From: Callorhinchus milii
Taxonomy: Eukaryota
Length of the DNA: 64,000 nt
Assembly (NCBI RefSeq): GCF_018977255.1
Contig: NW_024704743.1
Coordinates: 5,086,001 to 5,150,000 of the forward strand
Direction: 5' to 3'
This document shows positions 40,901 through 52,900 of the stretch, in pieces. Below the pieces are notes generated by a model. That model was not told the origin of the DNA and ran no database searches. It worked only from the letters and a program-made list of their open reading frames with translations. How positions within the stretch are numbered: position 1 is the first letter of the stretch; each line of letters begins with the position of its first letter. A program made the position numbers and the translations under genes.

Positions 40901-43900
40901 AGCTTGGTGCAGTAATGGCAAGATGTTCAGGCTGGTATTCTGGAAGGATGAGATCAATAAGCCAAAGTGACTTCTTCATCTGTACCACTCTCCTGATTTT
41001 ACATTTTACCTTGTCATGACAGCATTATTTCAGTTCAAATATATGTACTCACTGTGGTAATCAGGGAATCTCCTCAGGCCTCCATTAAAGCAAGCGTCAA
41101 TGCAGTACTTAGAAATATTTCAGCACATTCTTGAATGCGTGAAAGATAGTACCTGGCAAGCAGATCTCAAGAAGTTAGCCAGTCTCCTGGAGTCAACATG
41201 CATAGCCACTGAATCAGAGGTCAATGTATCACTGGTGTTAGGACCTATTCGAGGAGAAAATACTTGGCATTAAAGGTCTAGTACAGGACAGCAACAAGAA
41301 CATCAATCCTGTTTATCAAAGGTCAAGGATTCATTTATATTTCCAAGTTGCAGATTGTAATATATTGTACCATGATAACTTGGAAGAAGATGTTAAAGAT
41401 GGTTTGAAAATATTTCATTTAGTATTGTACAACAACAGGTTAGCAGGATTTAAGAAGGTCGCAGAGGAAGAAAGAATACAGATTGTTACATATTACCATT
41501 CTTTCTTTACTTAAAGTAAACATTTGAAGCAGGAGTTTATAGTTGAGTCTCTGTGATTTCTATCTCAGGTCCATATTGAGAAATAGACTAATAAAATGTT
41601 TACAGCCTGGTCAGTGGGCCACATACAAGTTAATGTGAAGGGCACGGGAAGGGCGCTATATAAATGCAAGTTGTTGTTGGGTCTACGAATCTGGGTCATT
41701 AATGTAAACGAGCAACAGGAGGGGTCCCAGTCAAAGTCTCATGTCTAATGTAAATAATCCTAATTCAATTTACAAAATCAACAATAACAACTCGTATTTA
41801 TTCAGTGTCCTTCATTTAGTGCCATTCTTTCAAACACAGATTAAATAGTTTTCTTTTAGGAAATAATATTATAGGACATGGTACAAAGGTAGTTCGGGAC
41901 GTATGTGCATGCGACCGAACTAGATGGACCTTGGACGTTTTTGGTCAAGCATTTCTTATGTAGGATAACGTCCAGCCCAGTTTTTCTGGCTAATCAGCAT
42001 AACTTGGAAGGCCAGTGGGGCAGGTATTCTACTCACTCAGCTCCTATTAACCGTTCGAGCCAAAGCTTTAACATATAATAATAATCCTTACATTTGATAT
42101 AGTGCCTTATCACATCTTCGTGACATATCAAAGCACTTCACAGAATACACTGTAAAATGAATTGACTGTATATTTTCTGGGTGGAACGTGGTAGCCAATC
42201 GCGCACAGCAGTGTCCCACAAACAGTAGTGGATTGAGTGACCAAATCTTTTTTTAAAAAAGAGATTATTGCCCCCGGAAAGGCAATCCGCTAACAACCAG
42301 GTTCCTACTTACTGCGAGGTAAACAGAGGCGTGTGGAGTAAGGAAGCTTGCCTAATGTTTTGCCCAGCCCAGGAAATCGAACCCAGGTCCTGTCGCTTGC
42401 GAGCAAGTGCTCTAACCACTTAGATACAGGACTCCACATAGGGTGGTCCTAGCAGGACAAGCAGTGGAAAAGCTTCCGTGCAGTGTAGAATATCATCTCG
42501 GAGCGCTGAAGCACATAATGCATCTTACCCCCGCACACTAAGTTACTCTCTCCAGGATGTTGTGTCCACTTTTCCACAGTTTCTATTTCTTCAGTCTGAA
42601 TGTTTCGGTCAATATCATCTTCATTACACTGAATGTATGCCTATGGATAGTAATTCTCAATTCATAATACAGAAAGAGGTCAACCAGGTGTTTGATAGTT
42701 AATAATAATAATCCTTGCATTTGATATAGCACCTTATCACATTGTTGAGAAGTCTCGAAGCGCTTCACAGAATATAATGTAAAGTGAATTGACTGTATAT
42801 TTAGTTAAACAGAAATGCTAAGAATATGTTGTTCAACATAACTGAGAAATCTATATGTTAAGGGAAAGATCTCAACACTCATGTTTGGAACAAATATATG
42901 CTCATCATGTACATAATTCATTTCAGGAAGGAGTTTTTTTTTTGCTCCGCCAGGTGTCTAATACATGCGGAAACCGATCACCATGCTTAAGAGTAATTGT
43001 AATAATGCTCCTTGGATTTAATATAACGCCTTATCAAGTCTTCTAGACGAATCAAAGCGCGTTACAGAATATACTGTAAAGTGAATTGACTGTATATTTT
43101 GTGGGTGAAACGCACCAGCCAATCGCTCTGTATCCAAACAAAGCTGAGAGTACCACTCACCCATGCCTTCTACAAATGGAAATTTCCCATTCTGAAATAG
43201 TGTCTGTACTCTCTCCCCAAAGAGATGTACACTGCTTACCTAATTCTGGAAAGTATTAGGCGTAGGTTGGCAAGAGCCGACACTTGGGGACCCTGTAGTG
43301 TGTTTTGGAGTACTGCTGGGGTTTAACAAGTAAAATCACCTGAACACTGCCTGACAAGCTTTAAAAAGGATATTGATAAAGTTATGCAGGATCATAGTAC
43401 CATCATTGAAACTACAGTTAGGTTTCACTCACCTGAGTGAAACAGTGACTGTTTCAGTGGATTTGCATATGCCAGAACTAAGTGGTTATGTGTAGCTAAT
43501 TGTGCAAATTCCCTGGAACAGTGATCCATTCATTCATAGATATAATAAAAAAGTAATCCTTAGTTGGTTTATCACCTTTCACACAGGGAAGTGAAAGGTG
43601 CTTCACAGGATATACTGTAAAGTATACGTTCTGTATTTTCTCTGAGAAAAAGTGGCAGCCACTTTGCGCACAGCAATGTCCCAGAACACCCATAAAATGA
43701 ATGAATGACCAATTGTATTGGGGAGATTGTTGGCCAGGAGAAACTCCCTTCTCTTTTTTCAAATAGTGCCATGGGATTTTTCAACGTCCAGTTGAACAGG
43801 CAGATGGGACTTCGGTTTAACATCTCATGCGAGGACAGCACCTCCAACAACTTGCATTTACAAACCTGCTTGGTATTTGTTCGTCCAAAATTCTTGATGT

Positions 43901-46900
43901 ACATGTCGTACTCATTTAATGGAGGCATATCCAACAGCGAAAAGTTAATTGAGAAATCCAGATCAACCAGTCGGAGCAGCTCAATACAGCGCTTTCTGCA
44001 AAGAAAATAAATCAGGATTCTGTCAAATGTATTTGGATAAGTGAAAGTAAGATCTATTCCTAAACACTTCAATGGGAAATTATATCATCAAGCTCAATAT
44101 TGAGCTCCAGTTATGACAAAGTTTCCCTTCATCATCTTTAATCATCTAGAAGCATAGAGAAAAAATCCTGTCTTGGCACCCAAGCTGTGCCTGGGGTTTG
44201 GGAAGGGAAAAGATGACCAAAAGTATTGTCAAAGAGATAGATCTGTGCGCAATTGGCTACTGCGTTTTGCCCACAAAATTTAGTCAATTCACTTTATAGT
44301 AAAGCAACGATTATTATTATTACTATTATTATCTTGAGACGAACATTGAATTAGGCAGGGGATGAAGCGAACATTTAAACTTTAAGTGCTTTTACACACA
44401 AAAACTATTTTCTTGTGATCATCTTCTATGATTTCTAGCAATATCACCCAAATAAGAAACCTAAACAATCTCCCACTTCTGCGGTTTATGGATATCAGTC
44501 CAAAATTTTTAAGTTGCATGACATTAATTTAATGTCGGGACGTCCTCCCGACGTGAAAGACGCTCTATAAATGAAATCTTGTTGTTGTTGTTGTTGTTAA
44601 TTCACCAAATAAATAATTTGATGGGACTGTGAGCCTGTGGAGAAAGCATTCCCTCCATTTAAAACAAGATGTGCCTTTACAATGTCTAATCAACAAGTAC
44701 CATTAGACCTCAACTCAAACTGCTATTTTCTTGGCTGGAGAACATTGCAAACAGGTACTGTATTTGAAGGTCTTTCTGAGTTTCCCCAGTTGCTGCTTTA
44801 GAGATGTGTCTGAAGAGAGCAAACATCAGACATGCTTCCATTGAACAAGTACTTCAGTTAGAACCAGGTATAAATGCTGAAGTGGTGTCTCAGACTTCAC
44901 AATACAGTCTGCCAATAACTAACAGGCATACACTCAAAGTTCGGAATTGGTTAAAATAACTTGTTATTTGAGTTCTCTGAAACTGAAATCAAATTCTGAT
45001 AGAAGCAGTTGTTAAATCAAAATTCAAGTGATAGATTAAAAATCTAAATGAACAGGCACAAATGTTGAGGAAGATAGAATATGAAGCAGTATGTACGTAT
45101 TGCTATTACCCACTTTTGCCTGTTGGCTGCTTTGCGGCTAACCTCCCGCTTCTTTGCCGATACAAAGTCAATGAATGTTCCTCGAGCTGGGTTTCTTTGC
45201 TGAGATTCTTTCGATTCCTTTGCATCTGATTTGGAAAACAATGAATTTACATGCAAACAAAATAAATGATTATGCGTAAGTTCTAACCCAAACTTGTATA
45301 AAAAGTACAAAGTTAAAAACAAAATACACCTACAAAATACACAGTCACTGCACTTTACAGTCAAAGTGCTTTGAGACACCCTCCCGATGTGAAAGATGCT
45401 ATATCAAATGTAAAGATTATTTTATTTTAACATGTTGCAACATTTGCAGCTGAGTTTCCAGGCTAGTATATCTCAGAGTGTGCATGTCTGATATTTCACA
45501 ACACGTTAAACTATTTCCATAATTAAGAAATACTTTGGAATACCACAATTTTGATCCCATTTAGATCAAATTATGATTTGAGTGTATTAAAAACTAGCTG
45601 TACCTGTTGCAGCTACGCTTGTATCTAAAGGATCCAATATGGAATGTAGATTGACACACTGACAGACACACAGACAGACATTTCATCTTTATATATACTC
45701 ATCTGGGAGGACTCCTGTGGGAGGACCCCTTTTGGGCGGCCTCCTTTTGGGAGGACTCAGTGGGAGGACTCAGTGCTTCAAAAATTAAATTTTGTTGTTG
45801 TTGCCGCAGCTTAGCTTCGTCTGGGTTCTTTATTTTGTTCCCACCACTTGGCTACATGCGGGCTCTGTGACACAGGATGTCACAGCACCACGGTCAGCTG
45901 GCGTGGCCACCAGGTGTAACTGCAGTGTGTGTGTACATGCGTAGGTGCTCTGTGACACACAATGCCACAGCTCCACTTTAACTCGGCAGCCACCAGGCGT
46001 AACTGCAGCGAAAGACGCAAAACTGAAAATATATGAACGATAGGAGATACCCAAAAACAAATATTCCCATATCACTCCCAGTTTCAATACCTTTCCGATG
46101 AGGTATAAATCATGTCTCTACATCAATCGGTTATTGAGATCCTTCTTGAAGCGCAGACGGACATTGTCATTTTATTAGTGAAGATAGAAGATACACATAT
46201 ACACACACATTTTCTTGAACGACTGAACTATTTTAGCACAACAAAACTCTGTGATCTATTGGAATACCAATTAGATGGTATCCATAATGTAAGATCTTAT
46301 AGTACCGCTCTTAGGCTCTTTCTCGCATGTCTGTCCTCCGATTCCAGTATTTCTTTGTATTGTGAAGATCCGTTCATTTTCTGCAGTAATTGCTCTCTGA
46401 ATTTCTTCAATTTCAGCTCGTTTATATGCTGGAATCTCATCCTCTCGTTGAAGCTCACCATCTTCATCCTCCTCATCTTCATCTTCCTCAAAATCATCAG
46501 CATAGTCCTTTGCATAAAAGGAACAAAGAATTAACCAAAATTAACTTTTATCCATTTGTAATTCTCTCCCCCCAACCTCTTCCACAAACGTATATCACAA
46601 GATCACTTTGGATGAAGAAGGCTATTGGCCCGTCCAATCTCATCCTTCCAGAATACCTACTCTAACCCCATCCCCCAAATCACAGCATCAAGATTCGTCC
46701 TGGCTTCAAACAACTTTCCTGGCAGCCTGTTTGAATTGTTGATACCTTCGGAGTAAAGAAAAACTTCTTGGTAACTGTCCTAAATTTGCCCTTTAAAACT
46801 GTACGCGTGGCGAGAACTACGATGAATGACGTGCAGAGCTTGGTGCACATGAGGATTTGCGAGTGCATTTGAAAAGTCAAGGCATGGATATTCAGTTTCA

Positions 46901-49900
46901 TGCTGCCAGATCTGTCTTAGTCTATCCCACCAAACACAATGGTAGTGCCACAGTGGGAATCATTGGGGAGAATCACAACTCATTGGGGAGTGGGTCTGAA
47001 AGTGTATTGATCTTACACACTGGAAATAAATCTGAACACTATCTCCATTTTTAAAGTAAATCATCCATGCTGTCCATTCCCCTACAGGCTAGTACAACAG
47101 CAAATACCTCAAAGTCATCTTCATATTGTGATGATTCAACAACAGATGGCTTTTCCACAATAATCTCCTCTTTTTCAATCTCCTAGAGAAAGAAACACGT
47201 GTTTAAAAACAATACAACGGTCACCTTCTGTGATAACTACATTTCTGAACCAAATCCTTGCACAGGCATTATTGATTTTTACAGACCCACAACATAACAA
47301 AGTTCCAAATGTAATATATCTCCCAAATTACCATATCATTAGCCCCAAGAGATTCCAATTATCGATCTACTGCTTTACACCAAAATGCATCAGGAATTAC
47401 ATCATTCAAATATTAAAGTTGTGTTTTAAAAGGGAAACTGTACCCTGGACAACTAATGTGTCAGTTTATTTAGTGACACGACTGCTCAAAGAGTTCTGAT
47501 CACGTGCTGCTGCACTGTAACACTGTATTATTGCACCAAGAGGAAATGTAATTCCTTCACACAATAGACGTGACACAGCTGACACAGTCCTCACTGTGGA
47601 CACCTCTGAAGTCCATACCGGTTACAAAACTATACAGAGAATGTTGTTGTTTCTCTTTTAAAAAAAAGGAACATTTTCTCAGGTTTTACATAGTGCACAA
47701 GATGGCACAGAGTCGATTTCAAAATTTAAGAATTTACCTTCCTTGTACTTTTGTCTTTCTTGTCCTGTTTCATCTCAGCAGTGAAATAAATGCAATGTTA
47801 ATAGACGGTTTCCATTGCATTAGCACCATGCTAATATCTGACAATTTTGACTGAGTAAGTATGCAAACTGACCATTTTAGAGGGGAATATCACTCTGGTA
47901 GAGAGGAAAAGAAACTATTTAATATAGAACACCCTCTCTCAAAAAGAGTGCTAAAAATTGATAATGACTACAACTCTTTCCAAAAGTGAGCTATTCCCAT
48001 TTATATCCATCTAAAAGTAACCTGTAGGATTCAAGTCTTCTGGTTGTAAAAGCCCTGCTCTGATAATTTACAGAGCAAGTTCACTCAACCAGCTGTTGAA
48101 TAGAAAATGCCGTAATTTGCAGTTGTTTGCATATTACTGCCAATACAGAGAATAGGAGAAAATAATAATAATAATAAATAACACTGCATTTGATAGAGCA
48201 CCTTATACATGTTCGAGATGTCTCAAAGTGCTTCACAGGATATACTCACTCCGTGGCAATGTCCCACAACCAGCCATGGAGTGAATGACCACTTTTTTGG
48301 AGGTTGGAAGGACACCGGGAGAAACTCCCTTTTCTTTTTGAATAGAGTTGTGGGATCATTAACATCTATCTGGACAGGCAGATAGGACCTTGGTTTAATA
48401 GGACCAGGGCCCTGACCAGAATTTTTTAAATAGTTGGTTTTTGACTGTCACAAAAGAAAGCATTTTTTCAGCCAATTGTAGCACTCCAACTATTCTGATT
48501 ATTTTGCAAAACAATTTTCTATTTAAAATTGATTTCCAAAATAATATGGGCTAAAACTTACCAATCTAAGCTATATTAGTGTAAGTATATCATGTCTAAA
48601 TTGGAAAGGGTACGCAAAACAACAGCATTTCTCAACACAGTAAACACTATGTATTTGCGTGATCACAAAAACAACAACAAACAACATATTGCATTCATAT
48701 AGCGTCTTTCGTTTTGGGATGACGTCCCAAGGCACTGGACAGTCAAGGGTTCGCACCCAAAGTGGGGGTAGGAATCGAGAAGGGTGGGAGCCAAGTAGAA
48801 TGGGAGTGGGAAGATGACCAAAGGCATGGTAATAGAAGGTCTTGAGACGGGCTTTGAAGACGGCAAGCGATGGGGCAAATGTCTTTAATTTATGAGTTTG
48901 TATGTACATTCCTATGGATTAGTTCAAGACTTTTGAAAAATAATGCAGCGTTGGAAGTACTTGCTTGAGACCACTGAATCCATCAAAGTTAGAGTGCAGT
49001 ACTTTATTATGTATATATTTTTTCCTGATGGTTTATTGTACATTTCGCCCACAACATACAAAGCCAATTTACTTTACAGTATATTCTGTGAAGCGCTTTG
49101 AGATGCCTCAATGATGTGATAAGGTGCTATATCAAATACAAGGATTATCATTATTATAATTACTCGACCTCAGGATAAAAATATTTAGGGAGGAAAGTTT
49201 GAGTATAATGAAAGTATTTGCCCCACGACCAAATTTCAATGTTGCACTTGAAGGAACTGGCTTCTGAAAGATAATAATAATAATAATAATAATAATAATC
49301 CTTGCATTTGATATAGCGCTTTTCACGTCGGGAGGACGTCCCAAAGCGCTTCACAGAACACACTGTAAAGTGAATTGACCGTATATTTGTGGGCGAACGC
49401 GGCAGCCAATTGCGCACAGCAATGTCCCACAAACAGTCATGGATTCAAAATGACCAATTTATTGTTGTTTTTTTTTTTTTGGAGGGATTATTATTAGGCG
49501 TATGGAGTAAGGAAACTTGCCCAAGGTTTCGCCCTGCCTGGAAACGAACCCAGATCTCTCACTTGCAAAGCGAGTGCTCTAACCACTGAGCTACAGGACT
49601 CCAAGATATTGGTATTGCCTAGTCTCTTGCTGTGATTTGCAGTTCATTATCTTGAAAAGGAAGAATATTATTTGTACAAAATTAAAGGTATATGGTCTAA
49701 AAAGAAAATGATTTGCAGATGATTTGGAAAAAAAAACTAACCTCATTAGGCTCTGTTTCCCATCCTAGTTTCTCCTTTTCCTTCTCTTTATGTCGTCGCT
49801 GTTGATTTTCGTTTCTTTCATTTTGTTTCTGTTTGTCTCTGTGCTCCCGCTCCATGTCACCAGATTCTGCATTTGATTCTTTTGTATCTTTATGCCTTTT

Positions 49901-52900
49901 GTTCCCATGTCCTTTCTCTCTTTCCTCTTGATGTTTCCCATCTGTTTCTTCACTCGGTGTTTCCTGCACAGGTTTCTTTTCTTTGTATCGCTTTTCTCTA
50001 TCAGTTCCCCGGGAATCGTGCTCACGCTCCTTATGTTCTCTGTGTCGTCGTTCACGGTTTTCATCTTTCTTTTTCTTTTCTCGACTCTCCTCACTGATCT
50101 GTTAAGTAGTAAAAATACTTTTTATAATGTCTTATCACGTCGTTGAGACGTATCAAAGCGCTTCACGGGATAAACTGTAAAATGGATTGACCGTGTATTT
50201 TGTGAGTGAAACGCAGCAGCCAGTTGCTCACAGCAATGTCTCACAAGCAACCATGGAGTGAGTGACCAATATTAATTGAGGGATTTGTTGGCCACGGGGA
50301 GAAACTTCGGTTTCAGCATTGTAATTACACTTACACTTAGCCATTAATTCTGGCTCGTCAGACCAGAACTACCCCCTCATTAATCCAGCTAGCCGGGGTT
50401 TAAGTATATAATCTGCAAAGTGCTTTGCAGTATCCTCCTGATGTGAAAGGCACTAAATCAAAGGTAAGGATTAGGCCAGATCTGCCTGTTCAGGTGACTT
50501 TGACGATCCCAAGACACTATTCAAAAAGATGAGGGAGCTTTTATCCTGGTCAACAATCCCCCAGATAAAATGTTGGTCATTCATTTCATAGCTGTTTGGG
50601 GACACTGCTTGGTATAAACTGGCTACCATATTCGCCTACAAATATACAGTCACTATCCTTATAGAAAACTCTGTGAAGTCTTTGAGAAGATTCAACATGA
50701 TAAGGAACTATATATCAAATGCAACAATTACTAAAGATCATTATTTATGAGAGGAAAAGTAAAAAACAATTGCAAAATTTAAAGAAAATAAAGTTGATTC
50801 ACTCACGTCAGTTCCCTCCTTTGCCTTTTTTTCTCGATGTTTTCTCTCTTTTTCTTCAAATTTGTCAGATTTTGGAGTGTCTCCATTTTCTGAAACATCA
50901 CAATTGGACAGAAATATTCGATAAGCACCATGTCCTTCCCAGGACATCCAGCTCTAACCCTCTAGAAACCTTTAGTCCTAACTGCTAGATGTAATCACAA
51001 TAAAATACACAAGTAGTTTACATATGAAAAACAGATAATAATAACCTTTGCGTTTAGTATAGCGCTTGAACGTCGGTAGCACATCTCAAAGTGCATAAGG
51101 ATTTATTGTGAAGTGAAGTTGTTGGCAAACGCGGCAGCCCAATTGAGCACAGCAATGTCCAAATAGTTATTTTTTTTGGGGGTGATTATTGCCCAACTTG
51201 GAAGAAACCAACTTCTCTTTTCAAATAGTGTCATGGGATCTTTAACCTGAACAGACAGGTGCTTTAATGCAGTCGTGGCCAACCAGCAGCACACGTGCTA
51301 CAAGGTGGCAGCCATGCCCTTAGTAGTGGCCCGCAACACATTTTAAAAATAACTCCAACAGCAACAATTGCTGGATCCTGCGCTGAAGGGACATCATTGC
51401 CGCAGCCCCTCACCCGCCAGCTGTACCCCCTCACCCACTGGCCACAACCCCTCACCTGCCAGCCGAACCCCCCTTATCCACTGGCTCCGCTCACCACATC
51501 CAGAGCAGCAGCAGCGTGGACGCCAGCACAGAAAGAGTGTGTGTGAGAGTGAAAAAGTGCGTGAAAGAGGGACTGTGTGAAAGAGAAGACAGTGAGTGTG
51601 AGAGGAAGAGTGTGTGTTGGAGAGCAAGAGTGTGAGAGACTGAGTGTGTTGTGTGAGAGAAATTGAGTGAGAGAGATAGAAAGAGTCTGAGAGAAAGAGA
51701 AAGTTAGTAGAAAGAGAGACAAAGAGAGAGTGAGACCCCTACCCTGCAGGGGCCTCCCCCAAATCTCGCTCACCCCAAATGCCAACAAGGTTAATACTAA
51801 TACTAATTATAATAATTAACAACATTAATAATAATATTAATAATATCGACTAATAATAGTCAATACTAATCTGTGCAGGTTCAGATCAACCTACACCTGT
51901 GAGCAGTCCTCTTCCACCATGAATTTCAGAAAAAATAAATACTGTTCCAAACTAACAGAAGATCACCTTAGTAATCTTCTTCTATAGGGTTGCTCAAAAC
52001 TGAATCCAAATATTGAAGATATTAAAAACAAAAAAATTCAGAAACCTCATTAGGTGAATTGTATGATATTTTATGGCGAATTGCCTAATAAATGCATCGT
52101 TCTTTTCCTGTAATATTTTTCTTTTTAATTTTTTTTATTGGCACCGCGATATGTCTTGTGCTCACACCATGGCAAACCTCAGCAAAAGGTTGGCCATCGC
52201 TGGCTTAATGTCTCATCTGAAGCACCTAGAACATGCAAGTTCAACTCCCGATGTGAGCCTTGAATCACAACCTTCTGACTCAGAGGTGAGAGTGCTACCG
52301 GTAAGGCAGAGGTTGCAAAGTTGGGGCTACGAGTGGTGGTGTTTTGAATTAATTAGGTTTTATGAATGGTGGAGCTGGGGTGACTGGCAATTAGAGCACT
52401 GGAAAAATCAAGTCGGGAAGTGACAAATGCGTGGGTAAGAGTTAGGTGTGTCAGGTGTGAGGTATAATCGGAGGCAGGAAGTGGAGGAAAGCAGTCCTTG
52501 TCAGGGACCAGATATGGGGAAGGAAAGACATCTGAGGATCAAGCCTGATTTATGTTTCAAGTGACTGTTCAACTGGTGGAGCAGAAGGAAAGCAGTGAGG
52601 CAGGATACAAGGCAGAGCGAGAAATCGAGAATGATTCTTAAAGAAATAGCATCGCAGAAATTACAGTACAGAAAGAGGCAATTCATCCCATCAAGCCAAT
52701 GACGGAGCTGGGAACTCCACTGAAACAATCTTCTAAATGGTCTCAACACCCATATAAATTCACAAATTCCAGTGAAGACTTGATCATTACACATAGATGA
52801 CATTTGTAGGTCAGAAGTCACATTTTTCAATTTGAGAGATAATTCGAGGGAGTACTTAAGAACATAATATCAAGCTACGAAATCATGGCTTGAACATGTT

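Noticed and set aside
48022..48059. 38-nt candidate exon ([12 protein letters not shown])
   Set aside because: Weak splice sites, and it ends in phase 2 with no compatible downstream partner found.
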